A stretch of DNA of 36,234 bases, from positions 489,300 through 525,533 of the forward strand of contig WELB01000008.1 in NCBI GenBank assembly GCA_009602725.1, read 5' to 3'. This DNA comes from Spirogloea muscicola. Taxonomy: Eukaryota. Positions 1 to 11,182 of this stretch are shown piece after piece. Position 1 is the stretch's first letter. Every line of letters starts with the position of its first letter. The position numbers and the translations under genes are program-made. The notes under the pieces were generated by a model. That model was not told where the DNA came from and did no database searches. It saw only the letters and a program-made list of their open reading frames with translations.

Positions 1-629
1 CCCCAGTCATGTGCAATGCCGGAGCCATGAGAATCGATTAGAAGGTGCACAATGCCCAGCACGGGAGGCCTAAGCCGAGGCGGTTCAAGCAAATGGCAAA
101 GGGACTGGAACAATGGGGCTGCACAAAGCAAAGGCCGAGTCGACTTCAGGAGGGGCCAAGAGGAGCAGGGCGACAGTCTGGCACTGCAGGGGCTCCAGTA
201 CCCATGAACGAGCTCAAGAAACAGCAAATCCAAGGCCATGGCCGTAGAGAGGCCAGCCCAAAGAAATGTACAGGAAAGTAAGCTAATCCGAACGGGGCGA
301 GGGCTGTGAAAAGCCAACTCTAAAAGACTGGACAAGGTCCGAAAGCTCTGAAGACGAGCAATTGAGCGAGTACCGCGATGATAAGGTCTGCAAAGTTGAT
401 GGACGGCGAAAGAAGTTGCGCGGTGCGCCTGGATTGCAGGGGAAGTAAGTGAGCAGCCGCGAGCCGGGCAGGCCAACTACTTCACTGTCTGGGGAGCTGA
501 GCCGGAGGAGTTCGGGGTTGACGGGAGGGAGTGCGAGGGAGGGGTTTGGAATAAATTTCGTGTATATGAAACAAACGAAGGCCAAATGGGCAAGCACATC
601 TGAAGACCTTTACATAACGTACAGCAGAT

Positions 630-810
630 TGACACGCTCAGAAACCACGGGTCAAAACGTAAAGGTCGCGCTAATCGATGCCTGAATACTAGATGTCAGG
701 TATGAAGCCCCTGTTGCCACCAATTAGAGCTCGCCCTTGGTGCAAGGCACTAGCCTGAGCACGCTGCAAACAGGCGCGCCGACACTCTTCGTCGCAAGAA
801 CAAAGTTAAA
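630..810 (-). mobile_element. Degenerate 3' end of a non-LTR retrotransposon (CRE/RLE-like), copy A
   Basis: Minus strand reads, with frameshifts, FLRRRVSA-CLQRAQASALH...GRAL...IQASI-DLYVLTRGF* (TGA at 640-638). Aligns at DNA level to 22415-22590. Confidence 0.65.
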
Positions 811-995
811 GAGGGGTTTGGAACTCGAAAAGCCCCCCCCTTGAGACCGGGGGTTTTTGGCGGGCGGGGTTTTGGGCCGGGGGGGGGGGGGGGCGCAGAT
901 TCGGCCGTTCCGCCATTGGTCCTCCACCCAGGCCCGGGATCTCCCCTCTCCTCGCTTTCTCAGCCGGCCGCCGCCGCCGCCGCCGCCACAGCCGC

Positions 996-1118
<123 letters not shown>

Positions 1119-1210
1119 AGCACCCACGGGTGAGTACATACAGATCCGACAGGCTCATTCGGGGGGAGCCGGAGCTCCGCCACGGAAGACGGTGGCCAAC
1201 AGAGACAAAG
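1119..1210 (-). mobile_element. Short 3'-end relic of the same retroelement family, copy B
   Basis: Minus strand encodes ...RMSLSDLYVLTRGC, cut by the N at 1118. Same terminal peptide as copies A and C. Confidence 0.5.
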
Positions 1211-1306
1211 GTGGGCCAAGGGCTTTTGGGGCCGTTGGCTGCCGTTAACCCTTGCTTACCTTCAGGGACGCTTTTCAAGCCGTCGATGTCGAGATCTGAC
1301 GGCCAG

Positions 1307-2525
1307 ATGGCAGCGGCTTTGTCTCCAGTCGTCTCTCGCCCTGGGCTGTGTCCTAGGGCGGGAAGCCGGGCGGAACCCCCCGCGCCGCGCCTGGCGGCGG
1401 CCATGGCGGAGGGCGCGGCGGCGGAGGCGGCGGCGGAGGAGGCGGCCGCCGAGCAGGAGGCCGCCGAGCACGACGAAGACCTTGCGGCGGCGGAGGACGG
1501 AGGCGGCCGCGGCGACGGCGGCGGCGGCGGTGGCGGCGAGGCGGGCGCCGACGACGGCGGCAGCGCTTCTGGCCCCGCTGGCCTTGGCGGAGCTCTGGCA
1601 ATGGCGCTGCAGGGGTGGAACGAGCGCGTCGCCGCCGACCCGCAGTTCGTGTTCAAGGTGCTGACTGAGCAGATCATTGGTGTGTCGGCGTGCGTCGCTG
1701 GGGACATGGCGTCCCGGCCCAACTACGGCCTTGGCGAGCTGGACTTTGTCTTCTCCACGCTCGTTGTCGGCTCCATCCTCAACTTCTCCCTCATGTTCCT
1801 CCTCGCGCCCACCACATCATCCACCGCCATCGCCGAGCGTGAGTGCCCAGCTAGCCCTCCTGCCTCTCTTCAAGGCTGCCAAGGTGTCGAGGCCCGCACT
1901 TGTTGCCACTGTGCTGGCCAGAATAATGTGAAATGTACTTATTGCATGATGAAGACGGCTGGCACCTCGCTGACTTGCACGAAGTACCGCTCAAGCTCCA
2001 CAATGTAACAATGCATGACGATCCTGCTATCCTTCTTGTTGGAGATTTGCAGACCTCCCAGGGATCTTCACAAACAGCCCCACAGGCCACATGTTTGAGA
2101 AGGGCGCATTCTCGCTAGCCGAGCGCGCGGGCACGGCTGTGTACAAGGGCGTGCAATTTGCAACCGTGGGCTTTGCTGCAGGCCTCGGGGGCACGGTGCT
2201 GTCCAACACGCTTCTCGCTGTACGCCGTAAGATGGACCCCAAATTCGTCGCGAATGCGCCGCCGCCAGCATTGCTCAACGCCGCCACGTGGGCGCTCCAT
2301 ATGGGCATCTCCTCCAACCTGCGATACCAGAGCCTCAATGGCCTTGAGACGCTGCTGGCGCGCAAGCTCAGCCCGAACATTTTCAAAGTCACAGTCTTTG
2401 CACTACGAGGCATCAACAACGTCCTCGGTGGCTCGTCATTCGTCATCCTTGCCCGTCTCACCGGCTCCCAGAAAGCCACTGCTGAATTACCTCCTATTCG
2501 GGCAGAACCTGCTCCCTCCAGCTGA
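1307..2525 (+). CDS. RETICULATA-related (DUF3411) plastid envelope protein, 2 exons (1307-1838, 2053-2525); alternative ATG at 1286
   Basis: Gly-rich linker, then GWNERVAADPQFVFKVLTEQIIGV, GDMASRPNYGLGELDFVFST, GHMFE, WALHMGISSNLRYQ and NNVLGG. GT-AG intron 1839-2052 joins in frame (AE-H-LPGIF). Confidence 0.93.
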
Positions 2526-3541
2526 CCTCCTCATCATTGGGCTTGCCATCCTATACAACCCCATTATTTTACCTCTAAGATGCCTTTTTATCTTCCCGGA
2601 TAAGATCTGGGGTTTTGCTAATTTGACGCCAGCAATTGCATGGCCCATCTTGTGAAAGCCAAAGGGTGCAGGTGTTCCATTGCTAATAACAGAGCCTTTG
2701 CCCATGCTTGCCACTGCGCTTGGTTGGCTCCTTCAATTGTGCTACTGACATTTGTTGATCTAGATCTTAGCTGCACTCAGTATCTGCTTGACATGAAAGT
2801 GCTACTTGTATGACATTGAAAACAATCCAGATCTCGGCCATGCACGTCACAAGTCTCTCATTAAGGACTCATTCTTCACACTCAGGCGTAAAGCACTAGG
2901 AATCTTCTATGCAAGCCAGCAATTTAGGACACGTACTCTGCCCGCTGTCTTGACACCATTGCTGCTATTTCCCGGCAAGTGGCTGCTGATATTGAACCAG
3001 TGGCTGTGAAAAGCCAGCCAGATGCATACAGGTATCTATGACAGAGCCACAGGCTAGGCAGACAGGGCGCTCCTAGTACCCCCATGTCAGCAGTAGGAAG
3101 TCAAATGAGCTGAGGGGAGGAAGAGCAACCCCACTGCGCAAGCCAGAGGCTGCTGCAAGAGCGTGACCGACAATTGGAAGGAACCTTTTTGTCATGGGGC
3201 TGCCTCCCGTGTCACTGACCATGAACATGCACAGCCCGAGAGTCCCAAATTTGATCATGCATGTGCCACTTGACAGCTGAGTAGGCAATGACCACTTAGA
3301 AAGGACACGCACGACTGCACCAAGCGTGAGCTCCTGCAACACCAAGTAAAGCTGTAGTGTGATGTAGTCCATTCACAGGGTTGTTGAAACGTCAAACTGG
3401 CAGTAACACCGATGCATGGTAGACTTGCAGATTCGCGGGTTGATTGTCAACAACAGACTTAATCTGTCTGCCAGGATATTTGTAACTATGGATGAATGTC
3501 AGTGTGTCAGTTCGTCTAACAATTGGATACAATCAGATGCT

Positions 3542-6500
3542 TCAATGGCACGGCAGGAGAATGCCAAGAGCACTGAAGAGGCTAACAAGGGCAAGAGCCA
3601 CACGAAGCTTTCCTGGCTCTGACACCTCCTCCCATTGGAACCAATCATCCTTCTTGGCGCATGCTAGCATGTAGCACATCCATAGCGCTCCTTCCCAGTG
3701 CCGTTTGGCCAGCAAGGATAACGTTATTGCAACAAGGGAAACATTCGAAATCATATGCTGAGAACGGCGACCAGAAATGGCTGTGACTAACCTACCCCCG
3801 TCCAGGATGCCCAAGGGAATAAGGTTGAGAGCTGTGAATTGAAGGCCAAGTAAACCAGCCAGCGAATAGGGGCCGATGGCCATCACTAGAGAGTTGTGGT
3901 CGTTGTAGACGGCTTGAGATAGATGGCCAGCCATCCATGTCAACAACTGCCACGATGATGGGGTAAGGCCTTCCTTCAGTCACATGCTTACTTGATAGTC
4001 ATAAAAGGTACTGGATGCATGTTGACGTGACTTATTAAGTACAGCAAATTCATATGCTCTTGGGGTGCAAGTGACCAAAACCAGCTGGATGCAAGTAATG
4101 ATAAAAAGGCGGTAGCAGAATAGACACACATACACTGAATTGTAGGTCTTACATTGGAGCTTGAAAACAGATCTGCAGGAACTTCAACCACGCTTCCTTG
4201 AAGCAAGCTGTCGCTGATCTATGACAAACATCAGAAACAACCTTCTGCACATAAGTTTATGTTACGCGCTTCACAAAGAAAATGCTAGATGCTTCTTTGC
4301 AGACCATGCATAAGATTGGAAGCCTTGCATAAAGGCCTTTCTGCAATTCTGAGCAAGGACCAGCAGATGGAGACTAGGGACACAGTGCAGATGACAGAGG
4401 CAAAAGTCGTACTGGGAGATGCAACATCTGGGCATTGCCCAGAAGGAGGAGAAGGCCAGAGATGGCTGCGGAGCCAAAGCAGCTTGCCAACGACAGGTCC
4501 ATCAGTGTTGCTCGATTCGGCAGGTATCCCTTGTAAGGGACCACCATACCCAAAGCACCATGAAGCGCAGTTGGTAGTGGGATGGGGTAGTCCAGAGAGG
4601 GCAAGACATTGTGGACCTTGGCGGCTAGCATCCTTGCAAGCAGCCCACCCCCGAGCACTGCCAGCAGGCCCAGAGGCACTAGCAGTGCTTGCGAAGCTGC
4701 AAGTGACAAATATGTATGGTTGTCAACCTGTCTGTCAACCTCTGTGCACATCTTAGTGGTGAAGGATCTGCATGGCTGTAACATTGGCAAATACTGTAAG
4801 TGTGTTGTGATGGCATGCCTAGATTGACCGGGTGCAAGTGCATGGATTTACCATGAGTCGGCGTGATTGCATGAAAGCACGCATACGCGCTGGCCGCAGA
4901 CAGAAGTAAAGAAGTGGCAGCAAAGAGTGGCCTAGGAAGAGAGAAGGACAGGAGCTCCTCGCGAGGAGCCACGAGGCAACCGACTGCTGTGCGGGTCAGG
5001 TCATCTCGCCCAAGTATTGCAACAAGCCCTGGAAAGTGCAGGTCCAGCCTTCGCTGGAGCTCGCTGTACACAGCACTTGGGTGGAGGTTTGCCTGAAGGT
5101 GTCCATAGAACATGAGCCCCTGTTGGCATGGGATGGGGGCTTCTGCTACAAATGGAGAGTCGTTGAAGACGTGCTGCAAGTGCCGCTAGAGGGGCTGTCA
5201 ATTCCTGAAGGCTTTGGAGAGGCCATCTCAAGAAATTAAGGACTCTGACTTAAGCTGGTAAGCAGACTAAAGCTGACAAGTGACAACATCTGCTCATGAG
5301 CAGACCTGACTCGTGACAACACCAAGTATCACACCAACGGTCAGCCTTTGCCCCTCAGGATAGGCTTACAGAGGGTAACAAGCGCCTGCATAGGCTCACT
5401 TACTGACTTACAGTGCCGGCGCAGATGAGCTGGTTGCAATCCTGACCTTAAGAAGGGCGGCTTCATCGAGGGCCACGCTTGGCCGCCGAAAGTGGTCCTT
5501 GAAGTAGAGCCGTTGCACCAGCTGCTCCTCACGCTCTGACCGGAGGCTCCGTCCTTCAGCGTCGTAGAAGAGCTCTGAGATGGAGAATGGCAATATCTCC
5601 CTGGCTGCTTCCACTGTCGCTATCACTTTACTTCTGAGCTCCTCTTCCTCTGCAAGGAGCATGCTTATGACAGTCAATGCAGAATTATTTGTAAGCATAA
5701 TCTGTGCTGTCGAGGCTGTGATTCATGCAGTTGGCAATGCATGCAAGAAGCCCCCAGGGCTGCTGAGATGGTCAAGGACAAAAGGCTTGAGGACAAGCTG
5801 TGCAGCCAGCACACTGTTCAGACTTCTAGGGATGTCATGACTTTCACATGTGACATATTGGTGTACAATATTCAATAGCAGCTTGTGAGGTAAAAACCTT
5901 GTTATCTGCATCTACAAGTGAGACCTCCAAGTGTTACTGGGTCGGTACCTGTGCTATGGGAGGATTGTGTGGCGCCTTTTGCTGCATCTACATTGGCATC
6001 CTTTTGTTTTTCGTCCACCATCCGGCCTGCATGTGAGGAGGATTAGCAGAGTGAGTCAAGTATAAGGTGACACATAGCAGTAGAGCAAACTGCTGGACAA
6101 TGGCAGTTAGATACAAAGATGCTGCCATGCTCATGGTCATCAGGCCACACTGTCCACAACGGTCTCTAAGACCAACACGAATGACAAGATCATACATTCA
6201 AAGTCCAATTTGAGATTGTGTACATAGAAAACATAAGTACTTAGGCAACCAACAAGCAATATGCAGCAATAACAAGACAGGCCCTGCAACCATTGCTTTA
6301 ACCAGGCTCCACCAATTTGATCGATGAACCGCCCAGCAACAACAGCCAAAGCAACTGCTGCAAAGGGGTACAGAAATTGCAGACCAATGCTATCAGCACA
6401 GGGGTTTCGGCGGCCTCTTGGAACCTGACAATCTCACCTGCCTGGCGCTGCTGCCGCTTGCGCAGGTTCCTCTCGATCATGCTTTCGCCATCACCGCCCT

Positions 6501-6804
6501 TGCGATGGGGCTGGCGCTGCTCCTCCTGCTCCTTGCCCAGCTGCTTCAGGGCCTTGTCCGAGACTTCGACGCGCAGCTCGTCGGGGGCCTCCCCCTCCTC
6601 ACCGCGCCGCGCGCAGCAGCGGGCCGCGTAGCACGTGCCTCTACTGGCTCCGCGATGCCGTTGTTCTCGCCACCACTCGACGTGTAGCCGAGCAGCCCGC
6701 GCTCGCACAGCATCGGCCGCGCTGCTTCTTCGAGGACCGCTGCCGCCGACAGCGCCGGCGCCGCCGCCGGCGGCGTGGCGGAGGCTCGCGAGCTGCGCCG
6801 CCAT
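3542..6804 (-). CDS. EGY-like (peptidase M50 / site-2 protease family) plastid membrane protein lacking HExxH; exons 6804-6438, 6026-5949, 5649-5447, 5173-4852, 4741-4413, 4218-4153, 3946-3542
   Basis: Ala/Arg-rich transit-like N-terminus; HVFNDSPF..GLMFYGHL, GALGMVV..YLPNRATLMDLSLA, LNLIPLGILDGGRL (NxxPxxxLDG) and EEVSEP are colinear with EGY proteins. GT-AG junctions keep frame. Confidence 0.8.
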
Positions 6805-7167
6805 CGTCGCGGCCGCCTGGCCGACGCCGCAAGTTGCTCCTAGGCGCCTCTTGCGGCCGTCACAGCTTCCATCTGAGCAGCACAGCCCCGGGAGGCCGCT
6901 ACGAGGCCGCAGCTGTCCGCCTCGAGATCCGTCTCGTCTCCGCCTCAGTGCTGCGGCCCGGCGCGGGTACGGCGCGACGCTGACGCCGCGTTGCCCGCCG
7001 CGTTTGCCGCCGCAATTGCCGGCGCCGGGCCGCGGGAGGCAGGCGCGGGGGACCCCTTCCTACGAGGCCAGGGTTGGGGCTCGGGCTCAGGGTCACGTTG
7101 ACGGTGCCGACGACGGTATTACTGATATGTAATTCTTCGGTGACGCTGACGGGGTCCCGATCCTGCA

Positions 7168-7330
7168 TTTTACAGCCGCTCTTATATTATCAGCAGACGC
7201 ATTCTCCTCTTCGTAAATAGGAACATCCTCTATATGCACCTGGCTGACTTATACGGCGGCTCTTTGGCATCAGCAGCTGCATTCTCTTGAGGCCTATCAG
7301 TTCCTTGGGCTGGCCTCTCACAGCAATATA
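7168..7330 (+). repeat. Degenerate short dispersed/tandem repeat (GGCTGGCCTCTCACAGC and ATCAGCAGCYGCRTTCTC motifs)
   Basis: About 2.5 diverged units here; similar motifs at 28915-29030 (+) and 231-275 (-). Confidence 0.55.
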
Positions 7331-7858
7331 TATATATTTTTCTTGTGAAAGAGCCGTTTCTCATTTTGAGGCTCCTCAGGAGCCTTATCTGACTTGCTAA
7401 CCATATATCTACGGAATGAATGGCCTAACACCCACTTGTGAGATACTGATTAGAAAAAGTGCACTGTCGAGGTTTGTTCTCTCCTTGAAGATGCACCCAA
7501 ATGACCACAGCACTATGTGTCACTGCTTTCTCCACCACTTCGTCTCTTTCTTCCATGAGCAGCACATCTGGCGAGCATGGCTCCATGCTTGCAGTCTGCT
7601 GCAACAGATGGCCTCTACGCTCGCTTTTCTGGAAAGCACAGCACGGGGCTTTTGGCTGCAGGCGGCAGGCTAAACTTCGATTCAGAGCTGAGCTTCGTGT
7701 CTCATAGAAAAGCACAACATCCGTACGGCGGCAAGCTGCTTGCTTGCAAGGCGCCATGGGCTGGTCGATCGGCCCATGCATGCATGGCCATCATCCAGAC
7801 TTGGGAGGTGGAGGCCGTCACCTGAAGCTGCAGAGCATTGTACGGTGTAGTGCTTGTC

Positions 7859-10435
7859 TCACGAGCAAGCTCTTGCAGGGTGGAGCTTCGAGCTTGGCTG
7901 CCCAAGACGCCGGATTGCATCCGCCACCTGCTCCATGCGGATTGCCCTGCTGCCCTTCACCAGCACAGCGTCCCCTGGGCCTAACAGGGCTGTCGCCATG
8001 CTTGTGAGCTCAGCTGAGCAGGGCTCCCAAGCGCAGGCCATCGAAGAGGCGTCCGGCCTGCTCGCCCACCATATGGCAGCTTGTCGGAAGCACTCCCCCG
8101 TCAGGCACACCATGTCCATCCGCAAGCTGCAGGCTGCCTGCAGGACTTGGCAATGAGCTTCCACACTTGCCGAACCAAGCTCCAGCATGTCCCCAAGGCA
8201 AGCCACGCGCTTTCCAGGGCACTCGAGGCCCGCCAGCAGCTCAAGCGCAGCCCGGGTGCTCATTGGGTTGGCATTGTAGGCATCATCCAGCAGGAGGATG
8301 ACCAAGTCCTGATTGCCACCAACTATGTCCACACAGCTGGCCTGCTCAGCTTGAGCTGGTGTGTGTTCACTATGCCCTTGTGAGGCCGTTCTATGGCCGG
8401 TGCCAAGCAAAATGACTTCTTCCAACCTCATTCTGCGCCCCACCGGCACATAGCGTGACACCCTCTCTGCAGCTGCCAAGAGAGGCACTCCCAAGCAGAC
8501 CGCCACAGCCAGCGCTGCGTTGACATTGCCTGCCAAGTGGAGGCCAGGGCTGTCGACTTCCACCTCTGCCGTCTCGCCTGGCTGCTTGCTAGCCGCCCTG
8601 TTTTCCTGTGGTGCAGGCTCCTGCTCGCCATCCCCTGTTGCTTGCACTAGAAGCTGCCGCCTCGCCAGAAATGCAGCTCTCATCCCACGTCCCCTTGCTG
8701 TTGGCTTCACGTCCAACTGACGCACTAAGCAGTTTGGCTTGCTTCCAAATGTTACCTGCACAATTGACCTCAGAAGTACAACTGTCAGACCTGCTTGATC
8801 ATTCCAAGTACTTCATGGGCACAGTGAGTTACGAGCAACTCATTGCCAGCTTGTTAAGAAGTGTACAGATGGTTGCTTCAACCACCTTCGTGGTTCCTTG
8901 TGGGACAGGGAGGGCGGCAATCAGCGCATCGTCAGCATTTGCGATGCAGATATCCCCTGGTCTAGCTGTTGCAAAGAGCTCGCCCTTTGCTCGTGCCACA
9001 TCAGCAATGGTGCCCACGCCCTCCAGATGCACGGGCCCAGCGTTCAGGATCAAGCGGATATCTGGTGCAGCTATCTCGGCCAGCTCTGGCTATGCAAGAG
9101 TACGTGAGGTGCAGGGCCAAGTCAGAGAAGGGAAGAGGCTGGAGAGGCTCAATGTAAAGGAAATGCGCAAAAGCGCCAGGTGATCCAGTCATCAGCAGGC
9201 GGCAGATATAGGAAAGAGACACGACAGACCTGCAATCTCCCCAGCATGATTCATGCCAAGCTCCAACACGCAGGCTGCTGAATAGGACGGCATTGCCAAC
9301 AGCGTCAGTGGGACCCCCACGTGGTTGTTGAGGTTGCCAGATGTACTATGTATGTGACCGAGCGATTGCAGGGCCAGAGCAGTCATGGCCCTGCATACGA
9401 TTCGTAATAACCCAGAAACTTCAGCATGTGCCAAGGCAGGCTCCGCTATCGCTATCTGCTGCAGCAAAAGTCACTGATTCATATTGCAGAACGACAGTCT
9501 GCTTCTAGTGACTTGTATCACACCTGCACCATAGGACTACATTTTGTACCAGCAACGAACAGTACTGTGTAGATTACGAAGGTGCTGAGGCATGCAGGGC
9601 TATCTGTGAAGCACCGAGCATGAGAAGACCCAACCTGGCCGTTGTCTTTCCTGAGCTGCCGGTAATAGCGACCACAGGCCCCGGAAAAGCCCGCCGAACG
9701 GTGGCTGCAAGCTGCTGGAGCGCAACCAGCCCATTCTCGACCTGCACAAACCCAGCCGACCACTGGGAGGGAAGGGCTGTTCCAATGGCGCCCGCGCAGC
9801 CCAGATCTGCAGCGCGCTGCAGAAACTCCTCCCCGTCGAAGTTGGCTCCTCGCAGGGCCAAGAACCAGTCTCCTGGGCACAACTTCCGAGTATCTGCACA
9901 ACAGGCGGTGGTAGGAGAGCTAGAGGATCTTAGGCAAGTCCAAGACACAGTGACATGGCAAACTAATAGTGAAGCTAGTGCTTGCATGTGAGACTTTGCA
10001 AGTCAACTCGCCAAGGGCACATGGGATATAGGTGGCCAGAGACTTGATCAGACAAGCAGCCCAATAAGCTGTCACTCCCCCGGAACAGCGACGATAAGTC
10101 TATGCAAAGGTGGAGCTGAGCTCTCTCTGTGCTCCATGGTGGAGCCAGTACTGGGGCAGGTCAGCGAGCTAGCAATGCCACCACGAGCTGCACAAGCTCC
10201 AGCTTTGCTGCTCACCTGTGCAGATGCACCCGGGCGGTCCACCGCGCAGCAGTGCGCCGCGTACAGCCTCCGCAATACCTTCGGCGCGGAGCACGGCGCC
10301 GCCAGCGCCGTCCGGCCACGGATGCGTCAGGCCCGAGCGGCAGCGGAGTCTTGCCTCAGAGCGGCGCTTCATTGGGTGCGGCAGTCGGCTCGCCTCAAAG
10401 GCCGGCAGCCGGGAGGCACGCAGCAGGTGCCCCAT
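7859..10435 (-). CDS. murF: UDP-N-acetylmuramoyl-tripeptide--D-Ala-D-Ala ligase (plastid peptidoglycan); exons 10435-10216, 9893-9635, 9390-9230, 9085-8886, 8755-7859; start codon uncertain
   Basis: CTDTR, FLALRGANFDG, AITGSSGKTT (P-loop), GNLNNHVGVPLTLL, VLELGMNHAGEI, HLEG, DDAYNANPMS, LGDMLELG, LVKGSR. Spliceosomal introns restore the frame. Confidence 0.95.
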
Positions 10436-11182
10436 GTGGGCGCGGCCGCAGACCCCAAACCCCAAACCCTAACCCCTTGATTCCAAAACCTAAACTCAAA
10501 GTCGAGCTGCTGGCCGCTGAGGCGGCTCAGCTGGAGGCCGAACGGCGTGGGGAGTTGGGATGAGCCTGCAGCTTGCCGTGCCGGCCATGCCTGTCCAAGG
10601 CTGACTGCCGTGGCCACCTGAGGCTAAGAAGCGGTCTGAGACCTCTGCCAGGGACGGCAAAAGGAACGAGAGCGGCGGCGGCGCCACCGCCGCCGCTCGC
10701 GACGAGTAGAGTGGGCCAGCCGAGGGACGCTTTCAGTGGGTCCAGCGGGGGCGCCGTCGAAATATCCCACGGCAGCTCAACGATAGCGCCAGAACAGAGC
10801 CGGTGGCCATAAGTAAGTCACCATCAGCGCCGACCGCTCATAAAGGGTCGATTGGTTAAATGTGCCACGCCCGCCCGCTCGGCGGCGGGTGCCGTATGGA
10901 TCATCAAGACATATGGTCGACATAATTTGTGGGCCCACACCCCAAAAGGGCTGGCGCGCCTGCCGCGCCGGCCCTCCCAAGCGACGGTGCCATCAAGCAG
11001 GACATTTAACGTGACCCCTAGTTCACGGTTTCGGGCTGGCGGCGGCTGCGGCTGCATAGGCGGCGGCGGCGGGAGGCGGGCGGCCCTGGTCCTCCCCTGC
11101 TCGCGCGCCGCGCCGCCTGTGGCGGCCGCGTCGTGGCCGAGCTGAGCGTCGCCTGGAGCCGGCCCGGCGAGCCCCGCCGCGG
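10436..11182. promoter_or_regulatory. Probable shared divergent promoter / GC-rich island between murF and the helicase
   Basis: Head-to-head genes about 750 bp apart within a CpG-rich tract; contains a TGGGCC site-II-like element at about 10930. Confidence 0.5.
10453..10498 (+). repeat. Degenerate plant telomere-like (AAACCCT) tract upstream of the murF ATG
   Basis: ccccaaaccccaaaccctaaccccttgattccaaaacctaaactc. Confidence 0.65.

Noticed and set aside
1..600. ORFs 45-281, 283-597 and 449-685
   Set aside because: No recognisable motifs or splice structure; the region carries repeat-derived sequence.
7859..10435. murF as bacterial contamination or recent horizontal transfer
   Set aside because: It has spliceosomal introns and an N-terminal extension, and is embedded among plant nuclear genes.
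10496..10810. Short upstream ORFs (ATG at about 10810 and 10588, minus strand) before murF as a third bicistronic case
   Set aside because: Only 25-30 codons, no recognisable similarity, and the TSS is unknown.
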